From positions 537,173 to 601,172 of the forward strand of contig CP070695.1 of assembly GCA_020353515.1 (NCBI GenBank): DNA of 64,000 nucleotides. Direction: 5' to 3'. The stretch comes from Candidatus Heimdallarchaeota archaeon (GTDB lineage Archaea > Asgardarchaeota > Heimdallarchaeia > Hodarchaeales > Hodarchaeaceae). A program made the position numbers and the translations under genes. Positions 31,719-41,792 of this stretch are shown here, piece by piece (the stretch's first letter is position 1; each line of letters begins with the position of its first letter). Under the pieces are notes generated by a model. That model saw only the letters and a list, made by a program, of their open reading frames with translations. It was not told where the DNA came from and searched no databases.

Positions 31719-32531
31719 TTACCTGTCCTTATTCTGAACATCAATTATTTCGGCTGCTATAGAAATTGCAATTTCTTCTGGAGTTTGACTCCTTATTGGG
31801 ACTCCAATAGGTGCATGCACCCTTTCTAAAAGGCTGGGATCAATCCCTTGTGATTCTAAGCGATTAAAGATCTCTTTAACCTTTCTTTTACTCCCAATCA
31901 TCCCTAGATATTTCCAAGTTTGTAATTCCTGTTGGCGTGTTGATAAAAGGTATTTCAAAATTCGTTCATCTAATTCATGAGAATAAGTGATAATAATAAT
32001 GTAACTGTCTTCTTCAAATTCAATTGAATCAATGATCTGAGGAAGTGTGCCTACCATCGTTTCAGAGACCTTAGAATCTTTAAAACTTTCATTAAGGTAT
32101 TCTTTTCTATCATCAATGACAACAGTCCAAAAGCCCAAGGATGCTAACAATGGAACTAAACGTTGACTAATATGCCCAGCCCCAAAAATATACGATTTAG
32201 AACCAACACCTAATATATCAATGAAGACTTTCATTCTACCCCCACAAAGCATACCTGTGGCTTTTTCACCTTCTTCCATTAATTCATACTCTTTCAATTG
32301 AGGAGTTCTCTTCTGAATTAGCATCTGTGCTTCTTTAAGAGCTAATTTCTCAATGGTGCCACCTCCAATTGTCCCCCAGAGGCGGTTCCCTAAAGAGTCT
32401 ACTAACATCTTAGCTCCTATACGTTGGGGTGCAGAACCACTGATCTCAACAACGGTGACCAGTGCAAAGGTTTCTCCTTGCTGAATCTGCTTATCGATGT
32501 TTTTAACAAATTCACTTTGCATTCTAATCAC
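31719..32531 (-). CDS. xdhC: XdhC/CoxI family molybdoenzyme maturation factor
   Basis: GSAPQRIGAKM, GTIGGG, CGG, FGAGH, YLGMIGS, HAPIG, TPEEIAISI. Confidence 0.92.
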   Translation of the reverse strand: MIRMQSEFVKNIDKQIQQGETFALVTVVEISGSAPQRIGAKMLVDSLGNRLWGTIGGGTIEKLALKEAQMLIQKRTPQLKEYELMEEGEKATGMLCGGRMKVFIDILGVGSKSYIFGAGHISQRLVPLLASLGFWTVVIDDRKEYLNESFKDSKVSETMVGTLPQIIDSIEFEEDSYIIIITYSHELDERILKYLLSTRQQELQTWKYLGMIGSKRKVKEIFNRLESQGIDPSLLERVHAPIGVPIRSQTPEEIAISIAAEIIDVQNKDR

Positions 32532-32985
32532 TTAGCTTTTGATGAGTGTCCTTGATCGCATCAAAGATCTTCTGATACCCAGTACAACGACAAATTACTC
32601 CACTCAATCCCTCACGAAGCTCTTGTTCAGTCAGATGAGGTTTTTCTCTTAGTAGTACTGTACTCGCTAAAATCATTCCAGGGGTACACGCTCCACATTG
32701 TGTTGCTCCATGTATAACAAACGAGTCTTGGAGTGATAAAACGAGTGAATCTGTAGATTCTATCGTTTCTACTTCACTATGCTGTGGAAGTTGAACCATT
32801 AAGATCAGACAGGAATTTACAACCTTTCCGTTGAGAATAACACTACAAGCACCACATTCACCCTGGTCACACCCTTTTTTTGTCCCCTTCATCCCCAAAT
32901 CATCACGTAAGAAGTCTAGAAGTCGTCTATCAGGAGAGGTTTCCTCTTTGTAGAGCATACCATTTACAATAATTTCGATTTTCAT
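32524..32985 (-). CDS. Xanthine dehydrogenase family [2Fe-2S] subunit (second operon)
   Basis: GCDQGECGAC, QCGAC, CRCTGY. Confidence 0.95.
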   Translation of the reverse strand: MKIEIIVNGMLYKEETSPDRRLLDFLRDDLGMKGTKKGCDQGECGACSVILNGKVVNSCLILMVQLPQHSEVETIESTDSLVLSLQDSFVIHGATQCGACTPGMILASTVLLREKPHLTEQELREGLSGVICRCTGYQKIFDAIKDTHQKLSD

Positions 32986-35294
32986 TTTAGCTCCTCCTGA
33001 ATCTTACTCTGAATAGCTTGCCAAACTCGTTCTGGGGTGGCAGGAATTTCGGATATTCTCACACCAATTGCATTGAATATTGCATTTGTTATTGCAGGCG
33101 CTATCCCCATCAGCGGTTGCTCTCCGATACCCTTCGCTCCATAAGGCCCTTCTTGAAAAGGTTCTTCTATAATTATCGAGTGAATTTTGGGAGTATCTTT
33201 TGTAGTTGGAACAAGAAATGTTCCTAAGTTATTTGATTGTACCTCTCCCTCAGGAGTAAAGATTATCTCTTCAAATCGTCCATAACCCATTCCTTGTAAC
33301 GATCCACCTTCTATCTGACCTTCAAGGGTTTGCGGGTTGATAGCTCTTCCTACATCATGAGCTGCCCAGATATTTTTGGCATGAACAGTTCCGGTTTGTA
33401 CATCAACCTCGACTTCAGCAATGTTTGTGCACCATGCATAAGTAACATACGGATTTCCTTGACCTTTTTTATTATTGAAGTCAGTTGGTGGCGCTACATC
33501 CCACCCTGCGAATGCAACTTGTCCTCGTTCTTGATACATTATTTTAATGGAATCTTCTACCACCATTTTCTTATCTGTGGAGAGAGAAACAATGTGATTT
33601 CCTTTAATTTGGAGATCTGAGGGAATAGTTTCCATGTGAGGAGAAATAATCTCAAACATCAGTACCCGAATCTGTTCACAAGCATGTTGTAAGGCACGCC
33701 CTGAAAAGGTTGTTGATCGAGAAGCAACAGTAGGACCAGAATCAGGCACACGACTAGTATCTACAGGAGCCATTCGAATCTTCGAATATTCAACACCTAA
33801 TTCTTCTGCAACTATCTGAGATAAAACCGTTATCATTCCTTGACCAATCTCAGTAGTCCCAACTGCAAAGAGGACACTACCATCAGGTTCAAGTTGGACA
33901 TATGAGCCAGTTCGTGACAAAGCCTTCCCCGCGGAGCCCAAACCAACTCCATAGAATATTGTGGAAATCCCAATCCCTTCCCAGAGATATTTTCCTTTCT
34001 TAGATTCCTCTATTACCTGTTTAAATTCAGGAGCGGGTTTCCATTTCTTACTCCAATTACTCTTTTCTTTGGCTTGTCTATAAGTTTGTAGCATTCCCAC
34101 AGAATGCTCTATCTTTTGTCCAAATGAGAGGGTGTCACCACGTTGAATCAGGTTTCTCTCCCGAAACAATGATGGATCAATACCTAATTGAGCTGCTGCC
34201 CTATCCATCTGTTCCTCACAGGCGAATAGTACTTGAGGTGACCCGAATCCCCGGAAAGCACCAAATGGAACCAGATTAGTGGCAATACCGTACGACTGAA
34301 CATCAACATTCTTACACCGGTAAGGGCCTACTGCATGAAGACAACCACGGTAAAGCACTGCAGGTGTAAGGGTTGCATAAGCCCCACAGTTCATTAGATG
34401 TTCTACTTGAACTGCTTTTAATAATCCATCTTTAGTCACACCAGTTTTCACGCGAATAATGGCAGGATGACGTTTACTAGTATTTTCAATGTCTTCCTCT
34501 CTCGTAAGAAGGTACTTAACAGGTTTTTTCGTTAAGTAAGCTCCCAGAGCAGCTAAGCTTGCAAGTTGATTTGGTTGATCTTCTTTTCCACCAAATGCTC
34601 CCCCAGTGGTCGTTTGGACAATTGTGACTTTTGACCAGGGATATCCAAGTATGTCAGATACAGCTCGTTGAACATAGAATGGACACTGCATCGATCCATA
34701 TACAGTAATCTCATCATGACCTAAGGGAACAGCAATACATCCTTGGGGTTCAATATATGCGTGTTCTTGCGCAGGTGTTCGATATTCTCCTTCAACAATG
34801 ATATCTGATTCCTGAAACCCTTTATTCACGTCTCCCCGTTTTTGTTGCCAATAAGATATGATATTATTGTCTCCAAATATATGAATATTTGAATGGTCTT
34901 TTGCTTCATCAGGATCAAATACTGCAGGTAGCTTTTCATATTCCACATGAACAGCTGAAACAGCTGCGTTAGCATCTCTAAGATTTTTGGCAACAACGAT
35001 TGCTACTGGTTCTCCCACATGTCGAACAACCTTTTCAGCAAGAAGAGGCCAATCATCAAGAATGACATGGACAATATTCTTTCCAGGAATATCTTTGGCT
35101 GTTCCAATTGTAGCTCCTAACTGTTTTACTCTTTCATAATCAATTTCAATCTTCTTGATTCGAGCATGAGCATGTGGACTACGAACGACTGCAAGGAATT
35201 GTTCATCAGAAAAACTTAAGTCATAAATGTATTGTGCCTCCCCCTTAACCTTGAAACGAGCATCCTTACGTGGAAGTGGTTTTCCTACTACCAA
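32982..35294 (-). CDS. Xanthine dehydrogenase family molybdopterin-binding subunit (second operon)
   Basis: QEHAYIE, GGAFGGKE, AFRGFG, TVASR, GAKGIGE. Confidence 0.95.
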   Translation of the reverse strand: MVVGKPLPRKDARFKVKGEAQYIYDLSFSDEQFLAVVRSPHAHARIKKIEIDYERVKQLGATIGTAKDIPGKNIVHVILDDWPLLAEKVVRHVGEPVAIVVAKNLRDANAAVSAVHVEYEKLPAVFDPDEAKDHSNIHIFGDNNIISYWQQKRGDVNKGFQESDIIVEGEYRTPAQEHAYIEPQGCIAVPLGHDEITVYGSMQCPFYVQRAVSDILGYPWSKVTIVQTTTGGAFGGKEDQPNQLASLAALGAYLTKKPVKYLLTREEDIENTSKRHPAIIRVKTGVTKDGLLKAVQVEHLMNCGAYATLTPAVLYRGCLHAVGPYRCKNVDVQSYGIATNLVPFGAFRGFGSPQVLFACEEQMDRAAAQLGIDPSLFRERNLIQRGDTLSFGQKIEHSVGMLQTYRQAKEKSNWSKKWKPAPEFKQVIEESKKGKYLWEGIGISTIFYGVGLGSAGKALSRTGSYVQLEPDGSVLFAVGTTEIGQGMITVLSQIVAEELGVEYSKIRMAPVDTSRVPDSGPTVASRSTTFSGRALQHACEQIRVLMFEIISPHMETIPSDLQIKGNHIVSLSTDKKMVVEDSIKIMYQERGQVAFAGWDVAPPTDFNNKKGQGNPYVTYAWCTNIAEVEVDVQTGTVHAKNIWAAHDVGRAINPQTLEGQIEGGSLQGMGYGRFEEIIFTPEGEVQSNNLGTFLVPTTKDTPKIHSIIIEEPFQEGPYGAKGIGEQPLMGIAPAITNAIFNAIGVRISEIPATPERVWQAIQSKIQEELK

Positions 35295-35524
35295 TTTACT
35301 GACTCCGTTTTAAAAATTATCTACAAAAACTGTGTGAATCACTTTTTTTGGACTATTTTTTGCATCCTTTTGTGTTAAGAAAAATTTATTCTAAGAAATT
35401 TTTATCTAGATAGGATAAACTTGTGGATTCTCAAGCTATTTTAACTCTTTTAATCAACTCTCTTTTGCCATGATTATTTGCAAAAAAGGAGAAAAAGGAT
35501 CTAAGAAATCTGGAGATATTTATA

Positions 35525-36364
35525 ATGCGTATGAAAGATGAAACAGCAATCGTAACTGGCTCAACAAGTGGTATTGGAAAAAAAATAGCAGAGTTATTCC
35601 TAAAAGAAGGATGTAGAGTAACAATATGCTCCAGAAATGAATCAAATGTAAACAAAACCGTATCAGAATTTCAAGAAGCATTTGGTAACTCAGTAGTGGG
35701 TCAAGTGTGTGATGTTTCTGATGTAACATCGATGAAGCAAGTAGTGGAAAAAACTATTGATTCTTTCGGCTCCATTCGAATTCTTGTAGCAAATGCTGGG
35801 GTAAGTCTAACTTATGGGCCATTTGAAAATATGATTCACCGTCCTGAAGAAATAATTTCTGATACTCAAAAAATGCTTGCAACTAATCTAATCGGGGTAA
35901 TAAACTCAATATCTATAATACTGCCACATATGATTAATCAGGGATATGGGAGAATTATAGTAGTAGGAGGTGGACATGGAGATCGACCTGGACCTCATAT
36001 GACTCTTTATTCCGCCTCAAAGGGTGGTGTATTTGCATTTTCCAGGTGTCTAGCCACAGAATTCAAAGAGAGAGAAGATGATATTAAAATCAATATTTTT
36101 CAACCGGGGATGATTGAAACGAATTTAGCCAAAAATGTTAAAGTTGTAAAAGGGTGGAAAACCGAAGAACTCTTCCAACGTGATAGTTCCTTAGCACTAA
36201 AATTTATTGGTACAAATATAGAGGAAAGCTGTCGGAATGTTATCCCCTATGCAATACCTACATGTAAAACTAATGGAAAGGTGTTCAGGGGATTCTCCAT
36301 ACTAAGGATGATACGTGGAGGTAGAAAGTATCGGAAAGCTTCAAAAGAATATGAAAAACTCTAG
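35525..36364 (+). CDS. Short-chain dehydrogenase/reductase
   Basis: TGSTSGIG, NAG, YSASK. Confidence 0.92.
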   Translation: MRMKDETAIVTGSTSGIGKKIAELFLKEGCRVTICSRNESNVNKTVSEFQEAFGNSVVGQVCDVSDVTSMKQVVEKTIDSFGSIRILVANAGVSLTYGPFENMIHRPEEIISDTQKMLATNLIGVINSISIILPHMINQGYGRIIVVGGGHGDRPGPHMTLYSASKGGVFAFSRCLATEFKEREDDIKINIFQPGMIETNLAKNVKVVKGWKTEELFQRDSSLALKFIGTNIEESCRNVIPYAIPTCKTNGKVFRGFSILRMIRGGRKYRKASKEYEKL

Positions 36365-36414
36365 AGGAAGCATTTTCTGATTGGACTAAAAATTGCCTTC
36401 CAAAATATAAATTT

Positions 36415-37217
36415 TCAAATATCTGCTGATTTATCTATTAATTCTCTTGGAATTTGCTTGATGTATGCCACAAGGGAGGACATTCCGAAGTCTTGAACTT
36501 CTTTCTCGGTGTGCAAAGATATAACTGATGAATAAACGTTTAAGGCTCTGTTTAATTGGGCATGAGAAATTAATACAGCTTCAGGGTACCGAACAGTTAT
36601 GTAAACCATGAGGATTAAGTTAAAGAATAATTTTAACCGAAAAAGATCCCAGAATTGAAATATAACGGGAGGCCATGGGGAAAACCATGCACCAATTAAT
36701 ATTATTGGGTTAATTATCCATAGACATCCCACTACAATCCACAATCTTTTAGCGAGAACAATTCTTTGATCCATAATAAGAGGTTTTATAGTTGAATAGA
36801 TGTAGATAAAAACAGCCATCACAAGTAACGTGTTATAAATGCCAAGTTGGAAGAGGAAATATCTCATACTTGGATCAGGGAGAAGAACACCTAATCCAAC
36901 TATTAGGACCAAACAAAAGTCAATTAGGATCACTATACCAAGGATTTTTTTCCCATTTTAATCTTAAGCAATGTAGTAAAAGGGCAAAGATAGTCACCTG
37001 CTCGCAAAGTGCATAATGAATATCCAGTACAACATTGGTTATATCAAGTAATCAAAGATGATAATTTACAATGAAGCTCATGAAAAAGAAAAAAACCCAG
37101 CAAACAATACGTAATCAAAAATCCTTGCTTTGTAATAATATTTGATGAGAAAATAGATTGGTATAAACAAACCAAAAATTACAAAAAAAAAGCCCAATCA
37201 ATAATATTTGGATCCAT
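36415..37217 (-). pseudogene. Frameshifted multi-TM membrane protein; the 36415..36933 ORF is its intact 3' part
   Basis: ATG at 37217 (MDPNIIDWAF), then protein-like segments in other frames (VIFGLFIPIYFLIKYYYKARIFDYVLFAGFF; LLLHCLRLKWEKNPW), with breaks at T9 and T7 runs. Confidence 0.6.
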
Positions 37218-37351
37218 TTACTCAAAACCTCAGTATTTGTTGTAATAATTCAAACTCTTATTTTCTAGGGATCTTCTTTTTTTAAAGATTCAGATTTTGC
37301 AGAACACAGTATGATGATCAGTTATTGATTCCAAGTATCCTTATGTAGAAG

Positions 37352-37966
37352 CTAAATCCATCGAACAAACGCCAGACCTCTTCCAACAGGTAATATGACA
37401 CTTGAAACTTTAGAATCACCTTTAATTTGTATGATGAATTCTTGCATGTCATCTGCGTGACTAATCACATTATCTGCTATTAATACAGTTCCACGTGACA
37501 AGCGATTGACAAGAAGGTTAAAGAAATAAAGGTAATCTTCTTTTTCACAGTCCAAGAAAACGTAATTGAACTTTTCTTGAGATTTTTTCAGATAATCCTT
37601 TGCATCTCCATGAATTAACTCAATGAATTGACTGACTTCTATGGATGTTATATTCTTTGATGCGAATTGAAACTTTTTTGGATCATGATCTAGTGAAATT
37701 AATCTCCCATGGTCATTTTTTACTAATGCCATCCCTTGCCAGATTGTAGAATATCCCCCCGATGTACCAATTTCAAGACCCACAAAATCAGGAAATTGTG
37801 AAGAAAAAGTCAGAAGAAATTGGAAGAGAAATTCTCCTGTTTCACGAGGAATCTGTCTAAGACGTTGTAATCGGTCTAAGCCAACCTCACGTTCTTTTCT
37901 ATCTTTTTCCTCTAGTTGAAGTAATACTTTTTGAACTGGTGAGGGTAATGAATCGAATGGCTGCAT
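37352..37966 (-). CDS. O-methyltransferase
   Basis: LEIGTSGGYST, VFLDCEK, LIADNV. Confidence 0.9.
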   Translation of the reverse strand: MQPFDSLPSPVQKVLLQLEEKDRKEREVGLDRLQRLRQIPRETGEFLFQFLLTFSSQFPDFVGLEIGTSGGYSTIWQGMALVKNDHGRLISLDHDPKKFQFASKNITSIEVSQFIELIHGDAKDYLKKSQEKFNYVFLDCEKEDYLYFFNLLVNRLSRGTVLIADNVISHADDMQEFIIQIKGDSKVSSVILPVGRGLAFVRWI

Positions 37967-38023
37967 TTAATTCACTCATTTCAAATCATATTGGTTTCTT
38001 TTGAAACTTTTGGCATCACAATA

Positions 38024-38953
38024 TTATTTGGATAAATACATAAAATAAGAAACAACCTCGTTATAGGACTGAAATTCAGAGGGAATTGGGAAAGAAGAAT
38101 CTATTTTCTGCTTCCTAAGTAATCCTTGCCACCAAACTTCAATAGGATAACTATATTGCGGTTGGAGGTCTATATTCACAGAATCATCTCTAATCCATTC
38201 TTGAATTAAACGAGAAAAACGAGAATGGGAATCATCTTCCAATACATGGATAAAAAAGCCAAGGATTTGATGATCTTTAGGATTGAACCGTTGGATAATT
38301 TCTTTTGTTGTTTGAAGTCCTGTTATACTTCCTCCATTGAAGGCTAATCCAAGGCCTCCTAATGAAAATCCAAATGGGGGTTGGGAAACAATAAGATCGA
38401 ATTGATCTCCCTTAGCTGAATTCCAGTCCCGTCTCTGAAACTCAACTGAGTCCAAACTATTAAGATCTCGATTTAATTGAGCTAGTCTGATGGCACGAGG
38501 ATTGATATCCACACCAAGAGCTATCCCTCCTCTTAATCTGGCCATTAAAGCTAATAATCCAGTTCCAGTGCCTAGATCTAACACATGATCCCCCTTCTTC
38601 ACAGGTAAAGATCGGGCAAAAGTCCAACTCCCACCAGAAAATTTGGTTGAAAGCCATACATAGGTTTTAACGCTTTCAAACCTAGGAAAATCACAGAAAA
38701 GAAGGAGATTATCACTATAGACTGGTAAAAAATTCCAAATATACCGTTCATTAGAGATCTGGACAAGTCCATTCATTACTAGAACTTGGAGAAGATCCTC
38801 GTTCAATAGGGTCAGGAGATCAGAATCAAGTTCAGATTGTACTTCTTGATTTACAGTTTTTCTTCTAAAGTACTCTTTCAGGATTTCACCTAATCTTGTT
38901 AAAGTACTCGTCTCATAAGAAAACCTTGTGACAGGAAGGGACGACTTCATCAT
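38024..38953 (-). CDS. Class I SAM methyltransferase (HemK/PrmC-like) with N-terminal extension
   Basis: VLDLGTGTG, GVDINPRA, FDLIVSQPPF. Confidence 0.85.
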   Translation of the reverse strand: MMKSSLPVTRFSYETSTLTRLGEILKEYFRRKTVNQEVQSELDSDLLTLLNEDLLQVLVMNGLVQISNERYIWNFLPVYSDNLLLFCDFPRFESVKTYVWLSTKFSGGSWTFARSLPVKKGDHVLDLGTGTGLLALMARLRGGIALGVDINPRAIRLAQLNRDLNSLDSVEFQRRDWNSAKGDQFDLIVSQPPFGFSLGGLGLAFNGGSITGLQTTKEIIQRFNPKDHQILGFFIHVLEDDSHSRFSRLIQEWIRDDSVNIDLQPQYSYPIEVWWQGLLRKQKIDSSFPIPSEFQSYNEVVSYFMYLSK

Positions 38954-38965
38954 TCTGTCCTGAAA

Positions 38966-39535
38966 TCAGGGCATAAATGCAAAGAGTAGGGAAAAGAGAA
39001 ATATAATGAAAAATGTAAAAATAAAGAACGCAATAATGGGAGATTCCTGTAAAAATTCTCGAGAAAATAATCGAGCAATTTCTTTTCCCAAGCTCAATTG
39101 TCTACGTAATGATAATCTATGTCTATCAAAGATTGTGAATCCAAAGATTTTAATTGTAGGAACCATATGGATTAAACACCAGATGACTATGAATGGAAGG
39201 GCAATCAAAGCCAAGATTCCGACTATAAAAAATTTCGGGTTTGTTATCCCAACCATGAATATAGCAAGACAAATGAAAGCACTGAAGATCATAGCCCAAA
39301 ACCAAGCCCACGTAGAAAAGTAGATATCTTCAGCAGTGCTCGTATCGGCTGCTCTGCGCTCAACGGTAGTTTTTATTTCCTCTCTCTTTTTAGTAGTAAA
39401 TCCCTTGGTTTTTTCTTTTGTTGTGGTTTGAGCAGTCTGAATCTCTTCTTTCATACCATCAACGAAATCTTTCCCTGTGTCTTTGATCTTATCAAAGATT
39501 TTTCGTGACTTCTTCGGTTCTTCATCCTTTGCCAT
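38966..39535 (-). CDS. Hypothetical membrane protein (charged helical N-terminus + 3 TM)
   Basis: K/E/T-rich first ~65 aa followed by hydrophobic segments; AGGTGA RBS. Confidence 0.75.
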   Translation of the reverse strand: MAKDEEPKKSRKIFDKIKDTGKDFVDGMKEEIQTAQTTTKEKTKGFTTKKREEIKTTVERRAADTSTAEDIYFSTWAWFWAMIFSAFICLAIFMVGITNPKFFIVGILALIALPFIVIWCLIHMVPTIKIFGFTIFDRHRLSLRRQLSLGKEIARLFSREFLQESPIIAFFIFTFFIIFLFSLLFAFMP

Positions 39536-39579
39536 TCTCTTTTCACCTAGAAATACATACTATTTTCATAACATGACAC

Positions 39580-40053
39580 CTAGAAACGAGTCTTCCGAGA
39601 GGAGACTTTGATCTTGACTGCGATGCCTTTCCCTTTTAGTACCTCGTATTTAGTTCCACTCCCGTAAACTATTGGGATTTCGGATTTTATTACAGTATCA
39701 TCCCGGGTAGCATCTTGCTCTCGAAGTTTAATAGGAATCTGTTTAGTTTTCGCTTTGTCGGACTCATCAAATTCAAGCCAAAGAGTGAAATCTTGTTTTG
39801 CTGAGTAGGTCATATTCTCTTTGATATTAATGGTTCCTTGATGGGGAACTCGGTAATCATGTTTTAATGTTCCTTTTCCGCCAACCTCGAAATAAAATTC
39901 TCCTGTTCTATCTACAGGGCTAGCTTCGTGAACATCTTCTACTCGTATGGACATTAGGCTGATGATATTTTGAAATCGGTTTGATTTCGATAAATCAGGG
40001 GCCTGACCCTTTGCATATGTCTTCTTTCCTTTCACATAAACTCTACGTGACAT
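39580..40053 (-). CDS. Hypothetical beta-rich protein, possibly C2-domain-like
   Basis: SIRVEDVHE..DRTGEFYFEV and IKLREQDATRDD resemble C2 loop motifs. Confidence 0.65.
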   Translation of the reverse strand: MSRRVYVKGKKTYAKGQAPDLSKSNRFQNIISLMSIRVEDVHEASPVDRTGEFYFEVGGKGTLKHDYRVPHQGTINIKENMTYSAKQDFTLWLEFDESDKAKTKQIPIKLREQDATRDDTVIKSEIPIVYGSGTKYEVLKGKGIAVKIKVSSRKTRF

Positions 40054-40249
40054 TTTAACACTTCCGCATTCTAATATGGAATTTTTTCATTAAAAACTTT
40101 ATAGTTTCCACTAAAGAGGAGTGTTTTAAAAAATTGTGTTTTTTTTCCCCAACTTCTTCATTAAGAACCTTAAAGAATTAGTCACAAGTCCATGAAACTT
40201 CTAGTCAAAACTGTGACCACTCTTCCTGCATTCTTCTTCAGAGTATGGA

Positions 40250-41587
40250 TCATTCTGTTACAGGGTGTGGTTCAATAGTAACTGGTAAAATGGAAGGTGT
40301 TTCCACAGTTGTGACTGTTTTTTCAACGTAGCGAAATCGTGTAAAGAACAATGAATACCCTAAGAATAACATTCCAAAGAGACTTGCAATAACTAGCACT
40401 GGGATGATTCCAAACAGCTCTCCAAAAATTCCTGAAAGAATGATGGCTATTGGCCCAGATCCTTGGGCAATAGTCAAACGTACTGAATATACACGACCTA
40501 ATTTTTCAGGAGGAACAATTTTTTGCCAAATTGTTTGAGAAGAGACGTTAGCAATTGGAAGACCAAAACCATTTAAAAATATTCCAAGAATAAGAAGGGG
40601 AAACAAACTTTGGGGGACAAAACTACAGACTATGAATCCAAAATACATAATGAAAATACCTAAAGCAACTCCATGAGCATTATTCTCAAATCCCTTCCAC
40701 GAAGACATGATCATTGATGAACAGATCATTCCTGCTTGTAATGCTGAAAAAAGAAGAGCTAATTCCTCTGGGCCTCCTAAGTGAATATCCTTGACAAATA
40801 ATGGTAATAAAACATAGAGGGGTCGCATAAAAAAGTTGGCAGCAGTAAAAACAGCCAATAAGGCAAGAAGTCCTTGTTGATTCCTGATGAAAGTAAAGCC
40901 TTCAGATAACTCAGCCAAGAATGGCGTTTTCTCTTTAATTATTGAAGGAGCTTTAACTGAAGGAATAGAAATTATAATAGTTGGAACAATTGCAATCATA
41001 AACGTAATAGCGTCTAACCACAAGACCTCTTGAAGTATAAAATAATTGAGTAATAGGGCCCCCACAAGTGGTCCTACCATCAGAATCATACCGTTAAAAA
41101 GATAATCAAGTCCATTCATTCGACTTAGTTTATCTTTGGGGATTAGTAATGGGATAATTGCTTGGACTGCAGGGCGATGGAACGCCTGGAATACACCTCT
41201 AAGAGTTATTATCGCTAAAACAAACCAAATATCTGCTATTCCAAGTATGAAAGCAAAAATCAAACCCATCGTGGCAATCGCTTGAAAAAAATCTACGGTT
41301 GCGATTATTTTTTTCCGGGACCATCTATCGACAAAAACACCTGCTATTGGCGTTAGGAGCATTGTTGGTCCAAAACCTAGAAAGGTTGACAGAGCCAAGA
41401 AGAGTTCACTCCCAGTCTCAACAGTTATCCACCAAACAATAGAAAATTGTACAACACTTGACCCCAATAAGGAAATTAACTGTCCAATCCAAAAGATAAC
41501 ATATCCTCTGAGATTTCTATTGAATTGAATGTTATTATCGTTCTCTAATGAAACTTTGTTATTCTCTGTCAATATTAATTCTTCCAA
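40250..41587 (-). CDS. MFS efflux transporter (MefA/DHA3-like)
   Basis: FWIGQLISLLGS, AGVFVDRWSRKK, LGRV; ~12 TM. Confidence 0.92.
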   Translation of the reverse strand: MEELILTENNKVSLENDNNIQFNRNLRGYVIFWIGQLISLLGSSVVQFSIVWWITVETGSELFLALSTFLGFGPTMLLTPIAGVFVDRWSRKKIIATVDFFQAIATMGLIFAFILGIADIWFVLAIITLRGVFQAFHRPAVQAIIPLLIPKDKLSRMNGLDYLFNGMILMVGPLVGALLLNYFILQEVLWLDAITFMIAIVPTIIISIPSVKAPSIIKEKTPFLAELSEGFTFIRNQQGLLALLAVFTAANFFMRPLYVLLPLFVKDIHLGGPEELALLFSALQAGMICSSMIMSSWKGFENNAHGVALGIFIMYFGFIVCSFVPQSLFPLLILGIFLNGFGLPIANVSSQTIWQKIVPPEKLGRVYSVRLTIAQGSGPIAIILSGIFGELFGIIPVLVIASLFGMLFLGYSLFFTRFRYVEKTVTTVETPSILPVTIEPHPVTE

Positions 41588-41705
41588 AAACGATTTAGCT
41601 TAATACTGAATCGTTAACTTAAAAAGCTTCTTGATATGGTAATGAATCCATAAAAATAACAAAATTAAATGCTTCAAACAATATAGATTCGAAAAAATTA
41701 ACATC

Positions 41706-41719
41706 TATAGCTAGCTATA
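41706..41719. promoter_or_regulatory. Perfect 14-bp palindrome between the divergent MFS and regulator genes
   Basis: TATAGCTAGCTATA. Confidence 0.4.
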
Positions 41720-41792
41720 AATTATCACAACCTTTATTAATTATTCAGTCTTAACTGAACCGTATTAAAAATTAACATCGTGGTCAATCAGA

